Shown here: piece by piece, positions 9,493 to 20,608 of the stretch
Position numbering within the stretch: the first letter of the stretch is position 1
Layout of the letters: each line of letters starts with the position of its first letter
From: an uncultured Planctomycetota bacterium
GTDB lineage: Bacteria > Planctomycetota > Planctomycetia > Isosphaerales > Isosphaeraceae
Reading direction: 5' to 3'
Assembly: GCA_963845755.1 (NCBI GenBank)
Contig: CAWJTV010000034.1
Coordinates: 704,001 to 768,000 of the forward strand
DNA: 64,000 bases
Position numbers and translations under genes: made by a program
Notes under the pieces: generated by a model
Seen by the model: the letters and a program-made list of their open reading frames with translations, nothing else
Database searches by the model: none
Told to the model about the DNA's origin: nothing

Positions 9493-12305
9493 GGACGGAG
9501 ATCCGCGCGACGGACCGCCGCCCCTCGTCCGTGTCGGGCGCCTTCTGTGCGATCTCGCGGTAAGAGCTGAGCGCGGCCGCGGTCTTGCCCATCTTTTCCA
9601 GGTTCCGGGCGATGGGGAATTGAATGCGGGCGCGCTTCGCAATCGTGCCATCTCTGCACTTCCCGGTTCACAGCCTCCTCGCGTCGCTGGCGGGCAGCCG
9701 ACTCCGATTCGGGTTCGCGCTTGCCGCGCGTTTCCCTGGCGAGTCGGGATTCCAGCTCGGCCGCCAGCACGATTCCGGGTCCCGCCGAGGCGCGCGACCA
9801 GGGATTTCAGGAACGACTCGACCTGGGAGCGTTCTCTCGCCGAGAGCGCGAAGAACCGTTTCGCGGAGGCCTTGGCCTGACCTTCATGCAGCGCGACCGC
9901 TTCTTCCAGGTTCCGAGCCCGACCGTCGTGGAGGTAAGGGCCGGAATCGCGGTAGCCCCAGAGCGGAGGAGTGCGCCACTCCCGCGGTGACGGCCCTGTG
10001 GGAGTATCAGGGCCGTTCATCCCGTAGGTGCTGCCGGAATCGCTCAGGCTCTGGCCCATGTTATGCAGAAGCAGGTCGCTGTAGATTCCACCGACCTCGC
10101 CGATCGTCGGGGTGTGGCAGAGCACGCATTCGGCCTCGGTGAAGAGTCGGCGCCCCTCTCGCATGTCCGGCGTGCCCCGCGGACCGTACGGATCGACGAC
10201 CACCGGCGCGGGCAGGGACCGGACGTAGGCGGCCAGGGCATCGCAGTCGGCCTCGGTCAGATCGAGTCCCTTCGCCTTCTGCTTCGGGGCGACGGGCGAA
10301 CTCGGCTGCGAATGACCGGGCACCTCCAGCCCCAACTCGTTGGCACAGGCGCCTCGGACAAACTCATGCAGGCTGGGGATCTGGGCCTTCCAGCCGAACC
10401 GGCCGAATCGTCCATCCTGGGTGCGGCTGACCCGGCCCCGGACGTCTGTCGGCTGCATGGCCGCCACCGCCACTAGGACATCGAGCGGAATCTCGTCGAT
10501 TCGACCCGCGCCGAACAGGGCCGGTGTGTTGCGTTCGACGAGGCTGAGACTGAAGCCGTTGATCGCTTGCGACACGGCCGTTGCGGTCCCCAGCCTTCGC
10601 CCCGGCGTTGTGGTCTCCTTGAGTGCGCGGATGCGACGCACGACGAGGTCCTCGCTACGGGTGCGTGTCGGCTTCGTTTCTTTGTCGCTCTTGGGCTCGA
10701 AGAGACGCCTCCGCCACGAGTCGTACTCGGGATCCGTCGAATAGCGGTGGAGCAAGGCGCGTGCGCGAGTTGCCCAGGCTGGGGATGACCTGATCCAGAC
10801 TGCCGCCGGATCCGCAACCGTTGGGAGCAGCCGTGACGATGACGACGTTCTTGCTCTCGGGACCGGCACCGCCGGGGGCCCCCAGGCCATGGCAGGCCAC
10901 GCATGAGGTGTCATTGAAGACCGGTCCCAGACCGTCGCCGCCGTGACTCATGGGATCATCGGGCACCCACTCCTTGGCGAAGAGCACCGCACCGCGTTCC
11001 TGCTCTTCCCGGAGTGATTCCGAGGGCCTAGCCATCGCTGGCGGGGTACGAGATTCCGGCTTCGCCTTCGGCTCGGGCGGAATCGGGACGATCTCCGTGT
11101 CCGTTTTCGCAATCACGACAGTCGGGACCTCCCTGATCGTCCCGGCTGGCTCTGGATCGGACTTCGTCGCGGGGCGGGAGGTCGGTGCAGCGGCCAGGAG
11201 CGTGGCCGGCGGATTGGTCGGTGTCGGCGCCTCGTCGATCGGCCGGGGCCCGTCCGGCACCGGGGCGAACGGCTTCGAGCGGGCTGGCGCCACGTCCTCG
11301 GCTGGAGTCGGCTCGTTCGCGGGTGCGGCGAGATTCCCCGGGATGGGCACCTTGTCCTTCGGAGACGCATCCTGCTGGACGGTGGCGGGCAGAATGATCG
11401 TCGCGCGACGCGGACCGATCCAGCCAGCGGTCGCGGCGATCCCGACCGCGATGGCCACGCCCATCACCAATTTCAGCCGGGCCAGGGCCATGGCGCAGGA
11501 GCACGGCTTCCGTCAGGGGAATGACGGAGGCCGAGGCAAATCCGATCGCCGCCGCATTTCCCAGGGTAAACTGCATGGCGGCGCGGGTCGTGGAATCGAT
11601 CAGGAAGGACGGTACCGCGACTCCAGTCTCCTCGCCGCTGAGCATCGCAGGGATCAGCGCGGCGGTGGGGGCGAGGCCGCGTCGCGTCAGCCGCACACGG
11701 AGCCGTTCCCGCGCCGCCGGAGCCGCACGCCCACCGTGCCCACCGGACAACGCAGACGTTCGGCCGCCTCCTGGTAGGTCCGCCCTTCCAGGTCGCAAAG
11801 GACGATCGGGATGCGATATCGGTCGGGCAGCCGCGAGACCTCTTCGTGCAGGACCTCGAACTCCTCGCGACAGATGAGCATTCCCTCGGGCCGGCACGCA
11901 CGGTCGATCGGTTCCTGCGCCGATTCCATCCCCTCTCGGCGACTCACGCTGCCGCCTGCGATGAGCCCGGAGCCTCGCCTCCCGCGCCGTGCGCAGGGCC
12001 ACTCCGTAGAGCCAATGCCCCAGCAGTTCCGGCTGGCGGATCGATCCGGCCCGCCGGGCCAGGATCAGGAATGTGGACTGGAATGCGTCCTCGGCGGTGT
12101 GCGCGTCGCCGAGGATCTGCTGACAGATGCGCAACACCATCGGCCCGTGCCGGCGAACCAGGGTCGCGAACGCCGTCTCGGCCGGCTCGTCGCGATGGGC
12201 CGCGAAACGCGACAGCAACTGGCCATCGCTGACTCCCGAGATCGGTCTCTCGTCCGGGAGTCCCTGTGGTGGCTTGCGAACAGCCTGAGTTTGTCCATTC
12301 CGCAT
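9467..12305 (-). CDS. ECF sigma factor fused via a TM helix to a di-heme oxidoreductase (DHOR-like) domain and a TPR-like tail (several frameshifts)
   Basis: Region 2 (SDGQLLSRF...AEDAFQSTFLILARRA), region 4, TM segment and Pro-rich linker. These are followed by GDGLGPVFN-CVACH, RNTPALFG, GRFGWKAQ, CVLCH, YSDLLLH, WRTPPLWG and YLHDGRA. Confidence 0.82.
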
Positions 12306-12639
12306 GATCGAGACCTCCCCAAAAGCCTCTCTGCGATCCTCATCATACTACTGGGAGGCCGGCCTTGCATTCTTTCAACTTTCGAAGGAGGTGGAGCCAG
12401 GCAGCCACCGTCCGCGCAGGGTCGAAACCGAGGAGTAATCGGCGCGGGGGACCTTTGGACGTGGAATCCGGGCGGCGAGCGCGATTAACGCTTGGGTGGC
12501 TGACGGTCGGGAGACAGAGCCCCCTCCGACACCCGGACTTCCGGGCGGACCACCGTCGTTTTGGAGGAGCCGGCTCCGTCCGGCGATCGTCATTCAAGCG
12601 TTAAGCGATCTAGGTGCAGGTGGGGAGAGGGGATACGCC

Positions 12640-13760
12640 TCACGGCGTACTGCCTACCGCGTACGGGGTGCTGACATCGGGAGCCACCTCGTCCACAAGT
12701 TTCTGGGGTGTCAACTCTGCGGAATAGTCATCCGTCAGATCATCATGCGTTTCGACAAGTGCCGGCGCGGCCGAGAAGATCGCCGTGACGGGCGGCGCGG
12801 GGAGAAGCGGTCCACGAAGTCCAGGATTCGCGCGGCATAAGCCTCGGGCTCGCGCTCGCGGCAGCGGTTATGCTTGGCATCCGGGACCAGCCACAGTTCC
12901 TTGGGCCCATTCGCCCACTGAAACAGTCCCTCGGCGATCTTCGGGCTGATATAGGTGTCGCGGCCACCGTGGATCATGAGCCAGGGGCGGGGCGCCAGTC
13001 GCCCCACCGCACGCTCGACGTCCGGGAATCGACAGTTCAACCGCCGCTCGGACTTCCGGCGGCCCGACCAGGCCAGGACGTGAAACAGCCAAAGTGGGAC
13101 CATGCTGCGCAGGAAACGGCTCCTCAGATAGAGCTCCGCCCATCGGAGGATGTAGGCCACCATCGTCCCCGTGGTCGGGAACGCGCCATCGGTGATCGCG
13201 CCCCAGATGTCGCGTTCGCCCGGCATGACCAGCAAGGCCGTCGTGCCGCCCCGGCTGACGCCGAAGAGACCGAAGCCCGCGGGATCGCGATCCGGCCGCG
13301 ATCGCAGATAGCTCAGCGCCGCTCGGAGGTCGCGGACCTCTCGATCGGAGGCCCAATGCATGGGGGAATAGCCCGCCTCGCTGCCGCTGACCCCGTGATT
13401 GCGAAAGTCGAACGTGAAGATGTCGAAGCCCAGGTCGCGGAGACCATCGATGTACGGCCGGAAGCTCCAGCGGTCGCTGAGGAACTCATGGCAATACAGC
13501 AAGACTCCGGCCCGTTCCGGCGTCCGCGCCCGCAGGTAGCTGCCCGAGAGACCCACCCCATCGTCGGTGCAGAACTCGACCGTTTCTCCGCGCTCCACGG
13601 GCACGATGCGGAGCGGCAGGAACAGCGGGGGTTCCTCGAATTTCTGGCCGATGATCGGTGCGTACTTGGTGGTCAGATACAGGATCCAGGCGATCGCCAG
13701 CACCGCCGGCAGGACCGCCGCCAGCGTGAGGGTCGGATGCGAGCTGACTAGGCCAATCAC
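12640..13760 (-). CDS. membrane-anchored alpha/beta hydrolase (C-terminus possibly frameshifted; in-frame stop 12735)
   Basis: AGGAG-N7-GTG start, TM helix, FDFRNHG, GVSRGG nucleophile, IHGGRD and AKHN. Confidence 0.85.
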
Positions 13761-13868
13761 GGATGCACTCCTGGTCGCGCCACCGGACCTTCGCACCAGT
13801 CCCGGCGAACCGGGTCCGCGACGAAGTGGGGAGACTGCCGAGCGCGACCACTCGGCAAAGGAAAGCGT

Positions 13869-15152
13869 TCAATCAGTGAAGCGTCGCAAGATGAGCGTGA
13901 TATTCTGACCGCCGAACCCGAAACTGTTCGACAAGGCCACATCGACGGTCTTTTCTCGGGCGGTATGGGGGATGTAATCAAGATCGCACGCGGGATCGGG
14001 ATTGTCCAGATTGATGGTCGGCGGCAGGGTGCTATCCCGCATCGTGAGTAAACAGACGATCGCCTCGACGGAGCCGGCCGCCGCGATCAAATGCCCCATC
14101 ATACTCTTGGTGCTGGAGATCGGGACCTTGTAGGCCGATTCCCCGAAGGTCCGCTTGATGGCGAGGGTCTCGATCGAGTCGTTGACGGAGGTGCTGGTGC
14201 CGTGGGCGTTGACATAGTCGATCTCGGCGGGATCCAGCCGGGCATCGGCCAGGGCCTCTTTCATGCAGGCGATCGCGCCGCGGCCCTCATCATGGCTGTC
14301 GGTGATCCGGAAAGCGTCGGCGGTCGAGCCGTAGCCGACGATCTCGCCGTAGATCCGGGCGCCGCGAGACCTGGCGTGTTCGAGCTCCTCGAGGACCAGC
14401 ATGCCCGCCCCCTCGCCCAGGATGAAGCCGTCGCGATCCCGGTCGAACGGACGGCTGGCGCGGGTCGGCTCGTCGTTGCGGGTGGAGAGTGCGGTCAGGA
14501 GGATGAATCCGGTGACACCAAAGGGATGGATCATGCTGTGCGTGCCGCCCGAGAGGATCACGTCGGCATTTCCTCTCCGGATCAGCTCGAACGCTTCGCC
14601 GATGGCCTGGGAGCTGGCGGCGCAGGCCGTCAGGCAGTTGGAATTGGGGCCCTGGGCACCGAAGACGCTGGCCAGGTGCCCCGAGGGGGTGCCCGGTTCT
14701 TGCTCGGCCTCGTGGATCGGATGCAGATCCTTGATCCCCATCCGCGTGAATTCGGAGGTATCCACGCGACCGTCGCGCGTGGTCTGATACATCAATTTGA
14801 CGAACCGGGGAAAATCTTGCTGCCCTTCGCCCGAGCCCAGGTAGACGCCGAACCGTCTCCGGTTCAAATCCGGCTTGGTCTCCAGGCCGGAGTCCTTCAT
14901 GGCCATCTTGGCCGCGGCGAGGGCGAACTGACTGTTGCGCGAGTGCTCGGCCCATCGGTTCGGGTCATCGAGGTAGTCGCCGAGGCGGAAGTCCTTGACC
15001 TCCGCGGCGATGCGCGTGGGGAAGGTGCGGGCGTCGAACAGCCCGATCGTCCCGACGCCACTCCGGCCTTCCAGGAGCGCCGACCAGGTCGATTCCAGGT
15101 CCCTGCCCACCGGGGTGACCATCCCCATCCCCGTCACGACAACTCGCCGCAT
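13869..15152 (-). CDS. fabF: beta-ketoacyl-ACP synthase II family (active KS)
   Basis: RRVVVTGMG, TACAASS (Cys), NAHGTST, KSMMGHL and NSFGFGG. Confidence 0.93.
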   Translation of the reverse strand: MRRVVVTGMGMVTPVGRDLESTWSALLEGRSGVGTIGLFDARTFPTRIAAEVKDFRLGDYLDDPNRWAEHSRNSQFALAAAKMAMKDSGLETKPDLNRRRFGVYLGSGEGQQDFPRFVKLMYQTTRDGRVDTSEFTRMGIKDLHPIHEAEQEPGTPSGHLASVFGAQGPNSNCLTACAASSQAIGEAFELIRRGNADVILSGGTHSMIHPFGVTGFILLTALSTRNDEPTRASRPFDRDRDGFILGEGAGMLVLEELEHARSRGARIYGEIVGYGSTADAFRITDSHDEGRGAIACMKEALADARLDPAEIDYVNAHGTSTSVNDSIETLAIKRTFGESAYKVPISSTKSMMGHLIAAAGSVEAIVCLLTMRDSTLPPTINLDNPDPACDLDYIPHTAREKTVDVALSNSFGFGGQNITLILRRFTD

Positions 15153-15210
15153 GTGCGCCTTCCTCGGATCGTTCGATCCGTTCCCTGGGTTGGATTGACA
15201 GTCCGCCGGT

Positions 15211-16544
15211 TCAAGTCGCCTGGGGTTCGGGGGTCGAATCGGGTGCAAGGCCGCGGATCACCAGCGCCGCTGCCTGGCCGAGGGGTGTGAGATTCGTATT
15301 GACGAACGTCGGGTTGCTCATGGGGCGAGGCGACTTCACAATCAAATCGGCCTCCACCTCCGGGTCGGGCTGCTCGCAGTTGAGGATCGCCGGGACCATC
15401 CCGCGGTTGGCCGAGACCAGGCTGACGATCAGCTCGACGGCACCGCCGCCGGAGACCATGTTGCCCATATAGCCCTTGAGAGCGGTGACCGGCACACCCC
15501 TCGGGCCGAAGATTCGCTGCAAAGCCCGTGCCTCGGCCAGGTCGGAGATGCGCGTCCCCGACCCATGAGCGTTGACGTGGCCGATTGCCGAGGGTTCGAA
15601 GCCGGCGTCCTCGAGCGCGGCGGCGATCGCCACCTCGGTTCCGATTCCTCCCGGATGGAGCCCGCCTCCCGGCATCGCATCGCAACCGGAGCCACCACCG
15701 AGCACCTCACCGTAGATTCGCGCTCCCCGCGCAAGTGCGTGCTCGTGCTCCTCGAGGATGAGGATCCCCGCGCCTTCGCCGGCCACCCAGCCATCGCGAC
15801 GGCGATCAAACGGCCGGCAGGCCTGGCTGGGATCCCCCTTCCACCCCGACATGTTCTCCAGCAATCCCATTCGGACCAGGCTTAGCGGATGGATCTTGGA
15901 ATCGGCCCCGCCCGTAATCATCACGTCGGCCCGTCCGCGGCCAATGATCCGCGCGGCTTCGCTGATTGCCAGGTTCGACGAGGCGTCGGCCTCCGTGATC
16001 GTGTTGCTCGGTCCCTGGCAGTCCATCAGGATCGAGATATGGCAGGCGAGCATGTTGGGCAGGTACTTCAGCAGCCAGATCGGCTCGATCATCCCGATCG
16101 ATTCCCGGCCCCAGACCTGAAAATCGAACGCGCGATTCTGTTCGGACGCATGATAGATCGCCGGCGCCAGCTCATCGAGCTCGCTGGAGATCAGTCCGGC
16201 ACCCAGATCAATCCCGATCCGCGCGGATCCACGCCGCCATCGATCAGGCCCGCGTCGTCGATCGCAAACTGGGCGGCCGTGACCGCGAGCTGGATATCGC
16301 GTGCCATGTACTTGCGAGTCTTGCGCAACTCCTTGGTGAACTTGGGCAAGGCCGATTTCTTCAGGTCGAAGCCGGAAATCTCGGCCGCCACGTCGTTGGG
16401 CAGACCGGCCACCCGAAGGGACTCTAACCGGCGCACCGCTCCCCGACCCTCCAGGAGCGAAGTCCAGACGGCGTCCGGACGATCCCCCAGGGGCGTCACC
16501 AGGCCCAAACCGGTTATGACCACTCGGCGTTCGGAACCAAGCAT
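15211..16544 (-). CDS. ketosynthase-like protein lacking the catalytic Cys (chain-length-factor-like; frameshift ~16220)
   Basis: RRVVITGLG, PNMLACHI and GEGAG are present. The active-site position reads TEADASS (Asp for Cys), and KGYMGN replaces KSxxGH. Confidence 0.85.
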
Positions 16545-16759
16545 GAAAGACTCGCGGATCTTCCCCGGGATCGAGCTCGCTCGTTGTCAGGTCCAGAGGC
16601 GCCCGCCCGTATCGGAACACCTTACCATTATGGCGCCCGAACCGCATTGATGACGGCACAAACCCGACGCAGAACTCATTTTTTTCCGTAATCCTCTAGA
16701 ACACCCAATCGCCCAACTTGGCGTTTCCGTGCCAGGTCGCACCTCCGCAGAGGCTCAAG

Positions 16760-17302
16760 TCAGCGGACCGTCCTCGTGAGGCTGTCCGTTGGACTCGGGG
16801 CTGTTGTCGGCCGCCGCAGAGGCCAGGCGCACGCGCTCTTGCGCTTGGCCAGATCGAGCACGCCCAGCAACTGCTGCGTGAAGACGAAATTCTTCGGACC
16901 GAAGATTTGATTAGCTCGGGAGTTATCGAGGTGGGCGAACACGATCTCGGCGTCGGCGAGGAGTTCGCCGTTCAAGAACGCCTTGGCGTCAACCACGGCC
17001 CCCTCGCTCCTGAGGTCCGTCAAGGTGACCTCGTAGATGAGCTGATCGCCCGCACAGGCCACTCCGAAGAATTCCGCACGGGGAATCTTGGCCAGGATCA
17101 CTTTTTCGGCGAAGCCGCCCGCTTCGCCGACCAGGATGCCCCCCGTCTGGGCCAGCCCCTCGATGATCAGTGAGGCCGGCATGACCGGAAACCCCGGGAA
17201 ATGATCGTGAAGGTGCTCCTCGGCCAGGGTGAGGTTCTTGATCGCACGGGCGAACTGGCCGCTGCGAAATTCCAGGAATTTGTCGATCCAGATCCATCTC
17301 AT
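16760..17302 (-). CDS. FabZ-family 3-hydroxyacyl-ACP dehydratase
   Basis: MRWIWIDKF, HFPGFPVMPASLIIEGLAQ. Confidence 0.9.
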   Translation of the reverse strand: MRWIWIDKFLEFRSGQFARAIKNLTLAEEHLHDHFPGFPVMPASLIIEGLAQTGGILVGEAGGFAEKVILAKIPRAEFFGVACAGDQLIYEVTLTDLRSEGAVVDAKAFLNGELLADAEIVFAHLDNSRANQIFGPKNFVFTQQLLGVLDLAKRKSACAWPLRRPTTAPSPTDSLTRTVR

Positions 17303-17481
17303 CGCCAGAAACACCCGCCCTCATGACCCGAATCCCAGAATCCGCCCCGCCGGAACAAAGGGGAGTGGGGCCTTGGGGCGAAATCCCGCCCCGAACAGCC
17401 ACCCGAGCCCCGTTGGCCCCGGCTCGATGGATTCCTTACCAGCCGCTCGTCTGCTCCAGCAAGCGAGCTTGCAAGCTTCGA

Positions 17482-17868
17482 TCACGCGGCGAGCTTGCTC
17501 TGAACATATTGAACGAGCATCTCGACGGTGTAAAGGTCTCCGATCTTGTCAACCGAGGGATCGTCCTCGAGTTTCGAGATGTCGGCGTAGGGGAGGCGGG
17601 TCTTCAGTTCATCGACGCCCTTGCTCGTGAGCTTGCCGTCGGCGACCCATTCGGGGTCGGCCATGAGGTTCTCGGGGAACAGCTCACCGCGCGGGATCTT
17701 GATCCCGAAATTGCGCTCCAGGCGGAAGACGATGTCCAGGAAGTCGATGGACTCGGCGCCCAGGTCGCCCTGAAGGGTGGCGTCGCGGGTGACCTCATCC
17801 TCGTCCACACCCAGGGCATCGACCAGTGTGGCCTGGACTTTCTCAAAGATTTCTTCGTATGTCGGCAT
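17482..17868 (-). CDS. acyl carrier protein, long AcpXL-like type
   Basis: DLGAESIDFLDIVFRLE phosphopantetheine motif (Ser). At 128 aa it has an internal insertion. Confidence 0.92.
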   Translation of the reverse strand: MPTYEEIFEKVQATLVDALGVDEDEVTRDATLQGDLGAESIDFLDIVFRLERNFGIKIPRGELFPENLMADPEWVADGKLTSKGVDELKTRLPYADISKLEDDPSVDKIGDLYTVEMLVQYVQSKLAA

Positions 17869-18079
17869 AGGATCCTCAGAATCCAGATGGGAGGGCCCAC
17901 CTACCCCAAGACGTCATCCGACTCCTGAAGCGGCGACGATCAGGCGGCATGACATAATCGTCGGCGAGATCGGCATCCCAACTTCAGGTGGCTCAGGGAT
18001 TGACTCAGGGGCAGATCATGGCGAGAAGCGGCCCGACGGGTCGTCTATCGCCGGGACCTCGGGCCGGAATTCGACTCAT

Positions 18080-18108
18080 ATCATGAGCAAAAAGCGAAAA
18101 CCTTGCAA
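18080..18108 (-). promoter_or_regulatory. putative sigma70 promoter for the ACP gene
   Basis: Minus strand TTGCAA-N17-CATGAT in an AT-rich intergenic stretch. Confidence 0.4.
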
Positions 18109-18273
18109 CATCATCAGGAGTGACGGGGGGTCACGCGGCGAGGATCAGGCCGGACGGGAGGGTCCAAACCGACCGAGGACCTGCCGGGGAGGGAGGGACG
18201 CCCCATGTTTCAACGGCAGGGATGCCGAGCGTCCGTGACGGCGGAGCCGGCTCGCGACGTCCGCCGGTTCGGA

Positions 18274-18849
18274 TCAAACGGTGGTGGGAAATTCCGCGGG
18301 CTCGGGGCGTCGCGCGATCGCTCGCGCCCCGACCGAGCCCTTTCGCAAGGTCGTGTACAGATCGCGAAAACCCTCGACGATCAAGGAATCGGTGGTGTGC
18401 AATTCGGGATCCCGGTCGCGCAAGTTGTACCGGGTCAAGATGATCCGTCCCTTAACCATATCCTGGCCGTCGATGAGGCCGACCCCCTTGAAGGTGCAGT
18501 CGCGCGCGTCGAAGGACGTCAGCTCGACCCGCAGCTCGAGCTGGCGGCCAGGCTCCACGAAACTGCCGTACTTGATCGTCTTGGCCTGCTTCAGGACGAT
18601 GACGCTATGCGCGAAATCCTCCAGCTCGCGGATTAGCCAGGCGCCCGCTTGCGTGAGGGCCTCCAGCATCAAGACGCCCGGCATCACCGGGAAGCCTGGG
18701 AAATGGTCGCTCAGATATTCCTCTGCCAGAGAGAGGTTTTTCACGGCGACCAGGCGGGGCCCTTGTCCATTCTTGAGAGTTTGATCCCCGGAGAGCCGGC
18801 AACGATTCGGCTCGACCTCAAGAATCCGATCGATTAACACAAAACGCAT
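18274..18849 (-). CDS. FabZ-family 3-hydroxyacyl-ACP dehydratase
   Basis: MRFVLIDRI, DHFPGFPVMPGVLMLEALTQ. Confidence 0.9.
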   Translation of the reverse strand: MRFVLIDRILEVEPNRCRLSGDQTLKNGQGPRLVAVKNLSLAEEYLSDHFPGFPVMPGVLMLEALTQAGAWLIRELEDFAHSVIVLKQAKTIKYGSFVEPGRQLELRVELTSFDARDCTFKGVGLIDGQDMVKGRIILTRYNLRDRDPELHTTDSLIVEGFRDLYTTLRKGSVGARAIARRPEPAEFPTTV

Positions 18850-19130
18850 GAATGCACCCAGAAGTCCACTCGGTCACAAGGTCAGCGTGAGCAGACCGAC
18901 ATGGCCCAACGAATCCAACAAGCCTCACGGGTGTCACGAATTAGAATCAACAACTTTAGCCAAAGACCGGCACGACAATCAAGAGGCGAGCGTCGCCGAA
19001 TCGAGGAATCATTCGACATAATGTCTTGGAGGTAAAATACAACCCTCAACGCGCGAGTCAACGGGTTTGATCGGATTTCGCGGATGGCGACTTAAGCACC
19101 TGGCCAGGGTTATCCAGCACTGGGTCCCGA

Positions 19131-19194
19131 GCGAGCGGGGGGCGTCAGCCCCCTGTCAGGTCGATCGGACAGGGAACTGACGCCCCCCGCTCGC
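19131..19194. repeat. REP-like palindrome (GCGAGCGGGGGGCGTCAGCCCCCTGTC...GACAGGGAACTGACGCCCCCCGCTCGC)
   Basis: 27-bp inverted arms. The same family occurs at 26956-27034. Confidence 0.85.
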
Positions 19195-19415
19195 CTCTTG
19201 GAACCGCCTCCGAACCCCAAAGAATCCGAGGAAACCACGGCCGGCTGCTTAGCTCTCGACGGGTTCCCCTACCTGCTGATTCGGGGTGCCCGGCCGTGGC
19301 CGTTCGTCCAAACTGTTCGCTCGATCCGCGTCCTCGCGCGAATCTTGATTCCGGGCGATCGCCCACCAGGCAGGCCGAAATCATGCATGCGGACTTCGAT
19401 ATGATCCCATAATTC

Positions 19416-19583
19416 GAGTCTACCTCCGTAGGATCCCTGCCGCATGCCGCGCCTCTGGGGGATCCTTGATTCCAGATTCCCAATTCCGGATTCCGGACTC
19501 CAGATTCCCGAATCCTTCTTCATCCGGAATCCGGAATTGGGAATCGCGAATCCCCCTTTGGTTGCGGCCGAACGCCGCGTTAG
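19416..19583 (+). mobile_element. 151-bp element family, divergent copy 2 (~168 bp)
   Basis: Shared ends GAGTC..CCTCCGTAGGATCCC and GGTTGCGGCCGAAcGCCGCGTTAG, with a heptamer core. Confidence 0.82.
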
Positions 19584-19777
19584 GGAATGGCCAGGAAGAA
19601 AGCCTCCTCAACCACATCGACCGCCATCCAGCCGCGACCTCGAATCCACGAGGCGTCTCTCGGATTGCCTGGCTCGGTCGTCACCATCACGCGGCGGCGC
19701 GCTCGATCGGAGGGACCCGCGCGATCCCCGGATCGTGACGCGAGGAGGAGGCAGCCCGATGCGGTCGACCCCGCCGG

Positions 19778-20608
19778 TCAGTGATTTGGCTCGTCGAACT
19801 CGCGAGCGATGAGGTCGGACAGGGCATCCAGGGCCGCCTGGGCGTCGGGACCGTCGGCCTCCAACTCGAGGCAAGTGCCGCACGCGGCGGCGAGAGCCAT
19901 CAGGTCGAGCATGCTCCGGCCGCTGACCTTGCGGCCGTCGCAGGCGACCCGCACTTCGGCCTGAAACTGCCGGGCCAGCCGCACGAACTTGTCGGCGGCC
20001 CGAAGGTGCAGGCCGAGGGTGTTGGTGATCTCAACCTGCCGGCTGTGCAGGTGGTTCTGGGATTCCTCGGGGTTGATCACCGCGGTCGGCAGTTCTACCG
20101 ACGCAGGCTCAGCGCTGCCATTCGAACTTCCGTCGTCTCTCACCTGGGACGAACCAGAGGCGACACTCCCGTTGGACATGGGAATGGGCTGGTCGCTGAG
20201 TGTCGTTCGGCCGCCCCATCTTCCGGTGTCCTGCCCGGAGAGAAGTGCGTTCAGGACGGCAATGTCGACGGGCTTGAGGAAATGGTGGTCGAACCCGGCC
20301 GCAAGTGCATTTCGGCGGTCCTCCTCCTGGCCGTATCCCGTGACGGCGATCAGGATGAGCGACCCAGGCAGCTCACGGCGGAGCCGGGCGGCAACCTGAT
20401 AGCCGTCCAGTCCGGGCATGCCGAGATCGAGCAGGACATAACGCGGCTGCTGCTGGTGGGCGATCTCGATCGCCTCATATCCGTCGAAGGCGACCCGGAC
20501 CTGGTGGCCCATGTGTCTCAGCAAACAGGCCATGCTATGTACCGTATCCCGATCGTCGTCAACGACAAGGACTCTGGCAGGATCGTCATAAGGTTTCGAG
20601 CGGGTCAT
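19778..20608 (-). CDS. response-regulator receiver domain fused to an HPr phosphocarrier domain
   Basis: REC (VVDDD, LLDLGMPGLDG, VTGYG, KP), then a linker, then HPr (GLHLRAA His15, GRSMLDLM Ser46), all in one uninterrupted ORF. Confidence 0.9.
   Translation of the reverse strand: MTRSKPYDDPARVLVVDDDRDTVHSMACLLRHMGHQVRVAFDGYEAIEIAHQQQPRYVLLDLGMPGLDGYQVAARLRRELPGSLILIAVTGYGQEEDRRNALAAGFDHHFLKPVDIAVLNALLSGQDTGRWGGRTTLSDQPIPMSNGSVASGSSQVRDDGSSNGSAEPASVELPTAVINPEESQNHLHSRQVEITNTLGLHLRAADKFVRLARQFQAEVRVACDGRKVSGRSMLDLMALAAACGTCLELEADGPDAQAALDALSDLIAREFDEPNH

Noticed and set aside
12505..12585. Possible ncRNA/riboswitch upstream of the ECF-heme gene
   Set aside because: Only a weak imperfect inverted repeat is present, with no recognisable riboswitch consensus.
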